A stretch of 64,000 bases of DNA, from contig OY740805.1 of assembly GCA_963514005.1 (NCBI GenBank), forward strand, positions 42,222,001 through 42,286,000. The letters run 5' to 3'. Source of the DNA: Raja brachyura (Eukaryota). A program made the position numbers and the translations under genes. Within the stretch, counting starts at the first letter, position 1. Every line of letters starts with the position of its first letter. The notes beneath the pieces are model-generated. The model searched no databases, had not been told where the DNA came from, and saw nothing but the letters and a program-made list of their open reading frames with translations. Shown here in pieces: positions 26,556 through 37,926 of this stretch.

Positions 26556-26720
26556 ATGGGGCAGTATATTGGCCATAAAGTTGCTGCCTAAAAGTGCCGG
26601 AGACCCGGAATTGATCCTGAATATGGGTGCTGTCTGTATGGAGTTTGCTCCTTTTCCCTTTGATCGCATGGGTGTTCTCCGGGTGCTCTTGTTTCCTTCC
26701 ACATTCCAAAGTTGTGCAGG
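26556..26720 (+). mobile_element. tRNA-derived V-SINE (HE1-like), degenerate
   Basis: SINE head plus GTCTGTATGGAGTTTG core shared with 54048-54222. Confidence 0.7.
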
Positions 26721-27708
26721 AATCTTTCAGACCCAACCCAATAAGTAATATTTTCCTTTTGTCCAGAGATTCTGTCTGACCCATTGAGTTACTCCAGCTT
26801 TTTGTGTCTATCTTCAGTTTTGTGTCTATGTCCAGCATCTGCAGTTCCTTCCTACACACACGATACTATACGAGAGAACTTTATTAATNNNNNNNNNNNN
26901 NNNNNNNNNNNNNNNNNNNNNNNNNNNNNNNNNNNNNNNNNNNNNNNNNNNNNNNNNNNNNNNNNNNNNNNNNNNNNNNNNNNNNNNNNNNNNNNNNNNN
27001 NNNNNNNNNNNNNNNNNTATAAATATACAGAGTTTTGTTTTCTCATTTATAACATTGTTCACAGAGTACTATGTTTACATATTCTGTTGTGCTGCTGCAA
27101 GTAAGGATTTTGTTGTTCTAACTGGGACGTGAGAGAATAAAACACTCATGACTCTCGACTTAATGTGTGGGATAGAATTAGTGTATGGGTGATCGGTGGT
27201 CAGCGTGGACTCGGTGGGCCGAAGGGCTTGTTTCCATGATGTATCATTAAATTAAACTAAAAACACTAAACCCAGAGGGAGTCCAAAGAAGGGTCTCAAC
27301 ACGAAACGTCACACAATTTCTTCTATCCAGAGTTGCTGGCTGCTCCATGGAATTCCCCCGCACAATTAAAGCATGGAGTCCCCGAGAGGACAATGAAATT
27401 CTTGCTTGTTGCAGCACAACAGAATATGTAAACATAATACAGAACAGGAGATAAACGTTCAGTGTGTTTATATACCATAGACCATATATGTACTCAATAA
27501 ATAAACAGATAAAATGCAATAGGCTGTTATTCTTCAGCCCCCCACCACCTCCAGTTTAAACTCCATTTGGAATAATTATGGAGGACCAGGAAACCAGAAG
27601 CAAGAGTTACTCCAGGGAGTTACTCCAGATCTAGGGTCAGGGAGTGATTCTGCATTGGTTTTCAGCGGTCGCGGCGAGGCGGCGACCGGACAGCAATGGC
27701 GGCCAGTT

Positions 27709-29505
27709 CATAGAAACATAGAAAATAGGTGCAGGAGCAGGCCATTCGGCCCTTCGAGCCTGCACCGCCATTCAATATGCTCATGGCTGATCATCCAACT
27801 CAGTATCCTGTACCTGCCTTCTGATACCCCCTGATCCCTTTCGAAACAAGGGCCATATCTAACTCCCTCTTAAATATAGCCAACGAACTGGCCTCAACTA
27901 CATTCTGTGGCAGAGAATTCCACAGATTCACCACTCTCTGTGTGAAAAATGATTTTCTCATCTCGGTCCTAAAAGACTTCCCTCTTATCCTTAAACTGTG
28001 ACCCCTTGTTCTGGAGTTTCCCAAGATCGGGCACAATCTTCCTGCATCTAGCCTGTCCAACCCCTTAAGAATTTTGTAATTCTCTATAAGATTCCCCGTC
28101 AATCTTCTAAATCCCAGCGAGGACAAGACGAGTCTATCCAGTCTATCTTCATATGGAAGTCCTGCCATCCCAGGAATCAGTCTGGTGAACATTCTCTGTA
28201 CACCTCTATGGCAAGAATGTATTTCCTCAGATCAGGAGACCAAAACTGTACGCAATACTCCAGGTGTGGCCTCACCAAGATCCTGTACAACTGCAGTAGA
28301 ACTACCCTTCACTTGTACTCAAATCCTTTTGCTATGAATGCCAACATACAATTCGCTTTCTTCACAGCCTGCTGCACCTGCATGCCTACTTTCAATGACT
28401 GGTGTACCATGACACCCAGGTCTCGTTTCATCTCCCCTTTTCCTAATCGATCACCATTCAGATAATAGTCTACCCTTCTGTTTTTGCCACCAAAGTGGAT
28501 AACCTCCCATTTATCCACATTAAACTGCATCTGCCATGCATTTGCCCACTCGGCCAACCTGTCCAAGTCACCTTGCAGCCTCCTAGCATCCTCCTCACAG
28601 CTAACACTGCCCCCCAGCTTCGTGTCATCTGCAAACTTGGTGATGTTGAATTCAATTCCCTCATCCAGATCATTAATATATATTGTAAATAGCTGGGGTC
28701 CCAACACTGAGCCATGCGGTACCCAACTAGTCACTGCCTGCCATTCTGAAAATAACCCGTTTACTCCTACTCTTTGCTTCCTGTCTGCCAGCCAGTTCTC
28801 TAGCCACATACTGAATCCCCAATACCGTGTGCTTTAAGTTTGTATACTAATCTCTTATGTGGGACCTTGTCGAAAGCCTTCTGAAAGTCCAGATATAACA
28901 CATCCACAGGTTCTCCCTGATCCACTCTACTAGTTACATCCTCAAAAAAATCTATAAGATTCGTCAGACATGATTTACCTTTCATAAATCCATGTTGACT
29001 TTGTCCAACGATTTCACCACTTTCCAAATGTGCTGCTATTCCATCTTTAATAACTGACTCTAGCATTTTCCCCACAACCGATGTTAGACTAACTGGTCTG
29101 TAATTCCCCCTTTTCTCTTTCCCTCCCTTTAAAAAAAAGTGGGATTACATTAGCTACCCTCCAATCCTCAGTAACTACTCCAGAATCTAAAGAGTTTTGA
29201 AAAATTATCACTAATGCATCCACTATTTCTGGGGCTACTTCCTTAAGTACTCTGGGATGCAGCCTATCTGGCCCTGGGGATTTATCGGCCTTTAATCCAT
29301 TCAATTTACCTAACACCAGTTCCCGGCTAACCTGGATTTCACTCAGTTCCTTCATCTCATTTAACCCCCGGTCCCCTGCTATTTCCAACATTATTTATGT
29401 CTTCCTTAGTGAAGACAGAATCAAAGTGGTTATTGAATTGGTCTGCCATGTCCTTGTTCCCCATGATCAATTCACCTGTTTCTGACTGCAAGGGACCTAT
29501 ATTTA
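27709..29505 (-). mobile_element. CR1 3' 1.8 kb
   Basis: RT ORF pieces 28309-29391; (CTATGTTT) tail. Confidence 0.9.
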
Positions 29506-29627
29506 TCCCACAATTCAAAGCAAGGGAGAAACTTGAACTTCCCAGTAAACTCCCAGCCTGTGGAGCTGTTTACTGACATTCCCGGTGTAAACCCTGGTGT
29601 GAACTCTATTCCTCCAGAAGGGCTCAC

Positions 29628-29813
29628 CTTCAACCTGCAGCCGCAATGCCGCCTGGTGACTGGACGTGGGGGTGCTGATGGAACACGTGTACATTCCAGC
29701 ATCTGATACTTTGACCCTCTTCAGTTTAAGCGATGCGTTTCCACGGGGAAACTCTTCCCAAATAAGCTCCGTCCTCCCTCGGTTAGCCCCGTCCTGCACC
29801 TCAGGTCGGTCCT
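29628..29813 (-). pseudogene. Second IgV exon copy, 5' half deleted
   Basis: RGRTELIWEEFPRGNASLKLKRVKVSDAGMYTC...LQVE; near-identical to 22636-22822; donor retained. Confidence 0.9.
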
Positions 29814-30070
29814 GAGGTGCAGGACCGACCTGAAAAGAAAAGCAAATGTGATTCTTTTGTTATAGTTTAGAACTCTTCCAAATATCATTGGTCTGGATAC
29901 ATTGCTCATATGAAAGATTCAATGCATAATGAAAGCTGCTGCATATATTTTCAACCGGAAACATCACCTATTCCTCTGCCTGACCCAGTGAGCTGTTCCA
30001 GCATTTTGTGTCCGCCTTCGGTATAAACTAGCCTCTGCAGTTCAATAGCCACATATTCTCGTGTACTTTC

Positions 30071-30176
30071 CTTTCCCACTAATTACACAGGTCAGGGGTA
30101 CACAGAACACTCTGCCTTCAGGGGTACACAGAACACTCTCCCGCACACCAAGGAATCCAACAAGTTGAAAAATGTC
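30071..30176 (-). pseudogene. Possible decayed BTN signal-peptide exon
   Basis: tttgtttcttcaaAG acceptor; LDSLVCGRVFCVPLTCVISGK after removing an internal tandem duplication; donor reads GAAAGT; no ATG. Confidence 0.35.
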
Positions 30177-30909
30177 CTTTGAAGAAACAAAGCTGCTGCC
30201 CTTCCCAAGTCTGTGACTCCATGTAACTCCCAGATACGCAGCAAAGTTGTACACTTTGATCCAGAATCTGAAATGCCACCCCCCCCCCCCCCCCGCCCCG
30301 CCAACTTGGTTCAGAGGCAATTGGAGATGGGCATTAAATGCTGGCATTGCCAGTAACGCCATTTCAGAGTGGAAATTGTTCAAACACAGATTCGCGTTTA
30401 AATGCAATTGTGATTCAAATGCAGCCACAACACTGTACAAGAAACTTTTCTGGATTCACTTCAAATCATTCATGACTTTGTAAACTCAATAAAAGCCTGA
30501 CTTCCCCTCCACTTGAGAGTCACTTCAGTAGCAGAGCTCATAATATGAGCTGACACTTCAGTGGAGGGCTGACCCGGTGTTGTACCGTTGCAGGTGGGGT
30601 CTGGTTCAAGATACTCTGAAGTCCAGCACTTGTGGTGGAATGGAACAGCTCAGAACATTATTTAATGAGCAAGGAGTTCTCCCAGTGTCCTGGCCAACAC
30701 TCCCCCACCAAGACACAGACTCCCTACACATGACTGTCTGTGTGACTGTAGCCGAGTACAAATGGCAGAAAGGTTTGCATGGACAGTTGGATTATCTTTC
30801 CTTGAAGTCAATTTGAATCTGTTAACTGAAGATTCATGCAGGATATTGAGAGCTGGGTAACCCAGAAAAGAAATGATCATCAGTGTGATGAGAGGTTTAA
30901 ATATTACGT

Positions 30910-30959
<50 letters not shown>

Positions 30960-30963
<4 letters not shown>

Positions 30964-31340
30964 CCCCGGGGAGGGGGACCGGTGGCTGAGGATACAGCCA
31001 CGGATGGAAGCTGGCAGAGAGCACGGTTGCAGAGTGGAGGATGCAGCTTCACCTCGCTGTTGTTCCCGGCTGGAGTTACCATCAGTGTCTGGAATCTGCC
31101 CTCGCCCTGCCTGCAGTCAACCCCAGTTAAAGCTTTTTGTTTCATCTTCAGAGTCTGAGGATCGATTTCACACCAAAGTGAAACACAGCTGTGATGGCCA
31201 TTCACTGGAACACTGACAACCGAGCGTTGAGAAGATTTACCCAACTTTGGTAATGTTTAATTTTCTTTAGTTCAGAGATACAGCATGCCCTCTGCCCCAC
31301 CGAGTCGATGCTGACCATCGATCGCCCGTTCACACATGCA
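30960..31340. repeat. Duplicated segment (copy at 40232-40627)
   Basis: Near-identical ~290-bp unique sequence plus the same SINE tail, both preceded by TG/TA microsatellite. Confidence 0.9.
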
Positions 31341-31460
31341 CAATGTTACCCCAGGAGCCGCTGGAAGGTGGAAGCCCCGCGGAGAGTGCTCTGGTTTCCC
31401 ACTGAAGTTACAGTGGGAATCTGGCAGAAACCCGCCCGGATTTCCTGACCTGCATCTTAC

Positions 31461-31589
31461 GCTGTTGTTTGATGCGTCTGTTTTGTTTCACGTTCCAATA
31501 AAACACAGCAACGTGGGCGGCATTGAGAAGACAAATGGTGAGGACCAGCGGCAGGGCCCAGTCAGGAACTCCAGCAAGGAAGATATCAT
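31461..31589 (-). pseudogene. Orphan BTN-like TM exon of a second type (DDIFLAGVPDWALPLVLTICLLNAAHVAVFYWNVKQNRRIKQQ)
   Basis: 129 bp, GTAAGA donor in phase 1; acceptor reads GG instead of AG. Confidence 0.65.
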
Positions 31590-31992
31590 CCACAGAATGA
31601 AGACAGTGAATGTCAGTGTCTGACACACACACACGCATTCACACATCACAGCTGCCCCAGCAACCTCCAGCCTTGAGTTAGTATATATATATATATATAT
31701 ATATCAGGATAAATATCCGTATAGATATCAGTATGTGTGTATATTCTATATATATGTATGTGTGTATATTATATATATATGCGTGTGAGTGTGTGTGTGT
31801 GTGTGTGCAGAATACATACATATATATATCAGCATGTCTGTGTGTGTGCAATATAGATACATATACTGGCTGTGATGTCTTGGTACGATGTGTAATATAT
31901 ATATAATGTCAATGCCAGTGACTGTGATGTCTGTAAAGTGAAGAGGGAGATGTGATGTCTTTGTAATGTTATATATATATATATATATTATA

Positions 31993-32210
31993 TATATAAC
32001 AGTATATATCAGGATGTCTCTGTGTGTACAATATAGTCTATCTACACCAATGTAAAGGTTGCTGATGAGGTAAGGCTCTGTTTTGAGTAGCACAAAGAAA
32101 GACACCAAGTAAGAGCCTTTTTATTCTGCATTGCTTTTTATTAACCTTTACATTGGTGTAGATAGACTATATTGTACACACAGAGACATCCTGATACATA
32201 CTGTTATATA
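31993..32210. repeat. 68-bp inverted repeat with ~80-bp spacer
   Basis: 31993-32060 vs 32143-32210, one mismatch. Confidence 0.9.
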
Positions 32211-32945
32211 TTTATTTGTATATACACATACGCGCACACACACACATATATATATATTTAATGAGAGAGAGGGTAGGGGGGTGAGAGACCATGGGAGAGA
32301 GAGAGAGAAAAGAGAGAGTAGCAGAGAAATGAGAGAGAAATAAGAGAGAGAGAGTGGGACAGAGTGAGAGAGAGTGAGAAATGAGAGAGAGGAATGAGAG
32401 AGAGACAGAGATAGATAGAGAGACAGATATAGAGAGATTGTACTCTATCACACACGGCATCAGACCGGTCTCTTTACACCGAAGATCCTACAGTTTGCTG
32501 CAGGAACCGTGCTTCACTCTCCACCACACGCGGCATCAGACCTCACGATCACTTCACTCTGTCTGTCCGTCCGTCCCCGGGTCCAACCGCCAACCGTTTG
32601 AATTCCAACCGCCCAACCGCCGCCCCCTGACCACGTGACCGCTCGGCGCAGATCACGCGCGGTCCACGCGACAGTTGCAGCGCGACCACCCACTGTTGGC
32701 TGGCAACACGCCTCAGCCCCACACACACTCACGCTCACACACGTACACACAGAGACACACGCACACACAGACTCACACACAACTCACGCAGGCACACAGA
32801 CACTCACACACATATGTGTATATATATATATCGGTCTATGATTACACACATACATTAACATGGGCCGCGGAAGGCTGCTTTCACCAACCACTCCCATTTG
32901 AAGGTCACTATCTTCCACCGCTTCTACCCAGTGCTTGGTACCTAC

Positions 32946-33096
32946 TTCCAGCAGCCACTGGTTGTCCTCCAGGATGTACCGAGCCGCAGCCTGGTCCATG
33001 CCGGTCACCAGAGCTAATTGGGCGCAGAGACTCTCTCTCACGGCAGCGGCGCAACGTCTCCGACGGCCCGGGACTCGTGCACTGAGGCTGCTCCAT
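32946..33096 (-). pseudogene. TDP2: TDP2-like exon 1 (UBA-like domain), frameshifted
   Basis: RESLCAQLALVTGMDQAAARYILEDNQWLLE then GTAGGT donor; resembles the TDP2 N-terminal UBA-like domain; ATG-to-donor is 151 nt. Confidence 0.55.
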
Positions 33097-33107
33097 GGAA
33101 ACCGTCA

Positions 33108-34003
33108 ACACCCGGCCCCGCGCACCAACCCTGTCACGTGACACACCCGGCCCCGCGCACCAACCCTGTCACGTGACACACGCGGCCCCGCGCACCAACC
33201 CTGTCACGTGACACCCCCGGCCCCACGCGCCAACCCTGTCACGTGACACACAACCGGCCCCACGCGCCAACCCTGTCACGTGATACACCCGGCCCCACGC
33301 ACCAAGCCTGTCACGTGACACACAACCGCCCCGCGCACCGACCCTGTCACGTGACACACAACCGGCCCCGCGCACCAACCCTGTCACGTGACACACCCGG
33401 CCCCACGCGCCAACCCTGTCACGTGACACACCGGCCCCACGCGCCAACCCTGTCACGTGACACACCCGGCCCCACGCACCAACACTGTCACGTGACACAC
33501 CCGGCCCCGAGCACCAACCCTGTCACGTGACACACCGGCCCCACGCGCCAACCCTGTCACGTGACACACCCGGCCCCACGTACCAAGCCTGTCACGTCAC
33601 ACACCGGCACCAACCCTGTCACGTGACACACCGGCACCAACCCTGTCACGTGACACACCCGGCCCCGCGCGCCAACCCTGTCACGTGACACACCCGGCCC
33701 CACGCGCCAACCCTGTCACGTGACACACACGGCCCCACGCACCAACCCTGTCACGTGACACACACCCGGCCCCACGCGCCAACCCTGTCACGTGACACAC
33801 CCGGCCCCGCGCGCCAACCCCGTCACGTGACACACCCGGCCCCGAGCGCCAACCCTGTCACGTGACACACCGGCCCGCGCACCAACACTGTCACGTGACA
33901 CACACGGCCCCGCGCACCAACCCTGTCACGTGACACACACGGCCCCATGCACCAACCCTGTCACGTGACACACCGGCCCGACGCACCAACCCTGCCACGT
34001 GAC
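33108..34003. repeat. ~35-bp GC-rich minisatellite, ~26 units, each with TGTCACGTGACA
   Basis: Counted directly. Confidence 0.95.
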
Positions 34004-34652
34004 AGGCAGTCGCGAGTGGAGTGCCGTAAGGCTCGGTGTTGGGGCCGCAACTGTTTACCATATATATTAATGATTTGGAAGAGGGAATTAGGAGCAACAC
34101 TAGCAAGTTTGCGGATGACACAAAGCAGGGTGGCAGTGTGAACTGTGAAGAGGATGTTAGGAGGTTGCAAGGTGACCTGGACAGGTTGAGTGACTGGGCA
34201 GATGTGTGGCAGATGCAGTATAATATAGATAAATGTGAGGTATCCACTTTGGTGGCAAAAACAAGGGGGCAGATTATTATCTCAATGGGGTTAGGTTGGG
34301 TAAGGGGGAGGTGCAGCGAGACCTGGGCGTCCTTGTACACCGGTCACTGAAAGTTGGCGTGCAGGTACAGCAGGCAGTGAAGAAAGCTAATGGAATGTTG
34401 GCCTTCATAACAAGATAGTTTCAGTATAGGAGTAAAGAGGTTCTTCTGTAGTTGTATAGGGCTCTGGTGAGACCACATCTGGAGTATTGTGTACAGTTTT
34501 GGTCTCCTAATTTGAGGAAGGACATCCTTGTGATTGAGGCAGTGCAGCGTAGGTTCACGTGATTGATCCCTGGGATGGTGCAACTGTCATATGAGGAAAG
34601 ATTGAAAAGACTGGGCTTGTATTCACTGAAGTTTAGAAGTATGAGTGGGGAT
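34003..34652 (+). mobile_element. CR1 RT fragment
   Basis: LGPQLFTIYINDL, KFADD; very similar to 11686-12320. Confidence 0.88.
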
Positions 34653-37600
34653 TGTGGGGCGCTACTCTGTGAACGACTCGTGGCGCGCTGCTCCCGTATG
34701 TTTCCATGTTTTATGAGTTGTTTAGTGTTTTTCTAAGAGTCATTAAGTCCGGTATTTAACGATAGCAAGTATGATTACCACTGTCAAGTATTTAGCGAGT
34801 TTGTGTGTTCTGACCACCTTTTTGCAGCCAGTATTTGCGATATGTATTACACCGGCAAATCCCATGACACGCCATGGAGGGAGGCTCACCTACTCACGGG
34901 ACACTTTGCAGGATCTGCGGCCTGCTTCCGGCCTACAAGCGACACCTTCTACCCTGAATGGGATTCCTCAGCTACAGAGGAATCATTGCATCAAGCACAT
35001 TCATAGGAAAAGGGGAGCCAGAGGAGGAATACGGAACAGAATGAGGAGACGAGGTAGGAGGCTGCCACTACCTGCAATAACTCTCTCCAATGTGCGGTCA
35101 CTACGCAACAAAATAACTGAACTTTCCGCACTCATTAAATTTGACTTAGACTACCGTCAAACAAGTCTCTTTTGTTTCACGGAGACATGGTTGTCAGAAG
35201 AAATAACCAATGTCGATATTGATGAATTTAAGATCATCCGTTTTGATAGAGGCACTAGGATGACGCGGAAGTCGATTGGGGGCGGGCTCTGCATAGCTGT
35301 CAACACAAAGTGGGCTGTCAACTTCACTATCAGAGAGACTGAATGCAGCAAACACCACAAAACCATGACGGTGTCGTTCAGGCCTCACTACCTTCCCCGT
35401 GAATTCACACAGATCACAGTTATCCTAGCGTATGTCCCTGGACCTGATAACGCATTTGCTGCGGAGCGCATTGCTGACTGTTTCAACAGAGCTGTCAATC
35501 AGAGCAGCGATCAGCCTGTCTTCCTGCTTGGGGATTTTAACAGATGCGATGTCACCACATTGCTTCCAAACTTGGAGCAGTATGTTACCACACCTACCAG
35601 ACTTGACAGAATGCTGGATATGTGTTTCGGTAACATACCGGGAGCCTATGTTTCAAAGTCCCGCCCACCACTGGGACGCTCCGACCACAATGTCATTCTG
35701 CTGCTTCCAAAATACAGACAAAAATTAAAAACAGAAGATATACAAACAAAAACTATTCAAGTCTGGAACGATGACTCTGTCGATGCATTAAGGGGCTGCA
35801 TGGAGATCACTGACTGGGAAATATTGTTCCAAAGCTGTGAGGGAGACCTAAATCTGCTGACAGACTCTATCTCCTCCTATTTGTCATTCTGTGTGGACGC
35901 TGTTATACCAACAAAACAGGTCAAGCTGTACCACAATAACAAGCCTTGGGTTACCAAGGACCTGAAGCAGTGTCTTAAAAACAAAAAAGTGGCATTCCAA
36001 CAGGGAGACAAACACAGAGTAAAACAGTATAATAGTGAGTTGAGAAGGAAGACCAGGCAGGCCAAACGCCACTACAAAAACAAAGTGGAGGAAAAATTCA
36101 CCACTGGCAATGCAAGGGAGCCATGGCAGGGACTTAGCACCATGATGGGCAGAGCCCAGAAACCGGCCCTGATCCAATGCTCTGACCCCGCCACATTTGC
36201 TGAGCAACTCAACATCTATTACAGCAGGTTTGATAGACCACACCCCCAGAATGACTGGACCCTCACCAGCAGTCCATCAATCACAGTGGATAAAAGGAAG
36301 GTTACATCTATACTGGGCCGCATCAACCCTCACAAAGCTTCTGGCCCAGACAGGCTCAGGGGCAAGGTGCTGAGGGAATGCTCAGTTCAGCTGGGTGATG
36401 TCATCACTCAGCTATTCCAACATCTCCTTGACTCCAGCTGTGTCCCACGGATGTGGAAGGAGTCTACACTTATACCGTTGCCGAAGAAATCTAACGCCAG
36501 GGAGACGAAGGACTTCAGACCGGTAGCACTCACATCCATTCTTTCCAAGTGTATGGAGAGGGTGGTAAGTGACCACCTCACTGCTATGGTGGTGGACAGG
36601 CTTGACCCACTCCAGTTCGCCTATAAGGCAAGGCGTGGTGTGGAGGATGCCTGTTTGACTCTCCTGGACACAGTTAGCAGACAGCTGGACTCCCCACACC
36701 CCCACACATGGATTTTATTTATGGATTTTTCTTCCGCTTTTAACACAGTCAACACAGTCACCCTCTGCAACCGCCTTCTGGATCTACAAGTCAACCCATC
36801 ACTTATCCTGTGGATAAAAGACTTCCTGCAGGACCGGCCACAGCATGTGGTGGTAAATGGTTTTAAATCCAAGAACATGATTTTAAACACTGGTGTCCCC
36901 CAGGGTTGTGTTTTATCACCGATCTTATTTTCCATCTACATGAACAATGTAACAAACAATAACAGTGACATTCCCCTTTTTAAGTATGCAGACGATATGG
37001 CCCTGGTGGCCCACATCAAGGATCACACTTCTCTGGCTGCCTACTATCAGCAGGTCAACATCTTGATGCTGTGGATCAAAGAGAGCTCTCTGGAGCTTAA
37101 CATCTCCAAGACCAAGGAGCTGTGTTGTGGGGGAAGGCGAACATCTTCCCCTCAACCTCTCTTTGAACCTCTGAGGCTGAATGGGCAGACAGTCGAGCAG
37201 GTAGAGGCCTTTAGATACCTGGGCACAGAGATTGACACCCGCCTGTCCTTCTCCCAGCACACAGACTCGGTGTACAAGAAGGCACAGCAACGCCTGTTCC
37301 TGCTGAGGAAACTCAGGAGCTTTGATGTCAGACAGGACATTTTAACAGCTGTATATAAATCACTTATAGAATCTGTACTCACCTTTAACATCACATCCTG
37401 GTTCACCCTTACCTCTGTCAAAGACAAATCAAAGCTTTCCCGGATCATCAATCAAGCAAGCCAAATAACTGGCAAAACTCAAATTCAATTGTCAGTACTT
37501 CACACCCAGGCAGTTAAAAGGAAAGCCAACCTCATTACACAGGATCCCACCCACCCCCTGCACAAGTCCTTCCAACTTCTGCCATCAGGCCGCCGACATA

Positions 37601-37926
37601 AAGTCCCCCTATCCAAGAAAAACATCCACAAAAACTCATTCATACCCATTGCCATAAATAGTTTAAATAATACATGATCAATGGACAAATTAACCCTGAC
37701 GCACTGTCACTTTACACGTATCCACAACTTTCAACTTTTATCTTGTCTATTTTTACAGTTTCTAATCTTTATATTTGTTTTTAAGACCTATACACACTGA
37801 GTGTGCCCGCAGAAGGCTGTGTTGTATGATGACTGTTGTATATTGTCTTGTTGTATGTTGAGCCACGTCAAAGAAGATTTTCTGTTACGACAGACAATAA
37901 AGTTTTCTGAATCTGAATCTGAATCT
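34653..37926 (+). mobile_element. Full-length Rex1/Babar LINE
   Basis: Short 5' UTR, single ORF, AATAAA and (TGAATC)3 tail; no TSD seen. Confidence 0.93.
34771..37677 (+). CDS. Rex1/Babar APE endonuclease-reverse transcriptase, 968 aa, intact
   Basis: SNVRSL, FTETWL, GDFN, SDHN; FRPVALT, QGCVLSP, YADD; LLPSGRR. Confidence 0.93.
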   Translation: MITTVKYLASLCVLTTFLQPVFAICITPANPMTRHGGRLTYSRDTLQDLRPASGLQATPSTLNGIPQLQRNHCIKHIHRKRGARGGIRNRMRRRGRRLPLPAITLSNVRSLRNKITELSALIKFDLDYRQTSLFCFTETWLSEEITNVDIDEFKIIRFDRGTRMTRKSIGGGLCIAVNTKWAVNFTIRETECSKHHKTMTVSFRPHYLPREFTQITVILAYVPGPDNAFAAERIADCFNRAVNQSSDQPVFLLGDFNRCDVTTLLPNLEQYVTTPTRLDRMLDMCFGNIPGAYVSKSRPPLGRSDHNVILLLPKYRQKLKTEDIQTKTIQVWNDDSVDALRGCMEITDWEILFQSCEGDLNLLTDSISSYLSFCVDAVIPTKQVKLYHNNKPWVTKDLKQCLKNKKVAFQQGDKHRVKQYNSELRRKTRQAKRHYKNKVEEKFTTGNAREPWQGLSTMMGRAQKPALIQCSDPATFAEQLNIYYSRFDRPHPQNDWTLTSSPSITVDKRKVTSILGRINPHKASGPDRLRGKVLRECSVQLGDVITQLFQHLLDSSCVPRMWKESTLIPLPKKSNARETKDFRPVALTSILSKCMERVVSDHLTAMVVDRLDPLQFAYKARRGVEDACLTLLDTVSRQLDSPHPHTWILFMDFSSAFNTVNTVTLCNRLLDLQVNPSLILWIKDFLQDRPQHVVVNGFKSKNMILNTGVPQGCVLSPILFSIYMNNVTNNNSDIPLFKYADDMALVAHIKDHTSLAAYYQQVNILMLWIKESSLELNISKTKELCCGGRRTSSPQPLFEPLRLNGQTVEQVEAFRYLGTEIDTRLSFSQHTDSVYKKAQQRLFLLRKLRSFDVRQDILTAVYKSLIESVLTFNITSWFTLTSVKDKSKLSRIINQASQITGKTQIQLSVLHTQAVKRKANLITQDPTHPLHKSFQLLPSGRRHKVPLSKKNIHKNSFIPIAINSLNNT

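Noticed and set aside
30897-31244. Conserved ORF shared with 40101-40517
   Set aside because: Similarity reflects recent duplication; no domain or convincing open exon
32062-32101. CTGATGA...GAAA as a hammerhead ribozyme
   Set aside because: No stem II or cleavage-site pairing can be drawn
33108-34003. CRISPR-like palindromic repeat array
   Set aside because: No unique spacers, no cas genes, eukaryotic context
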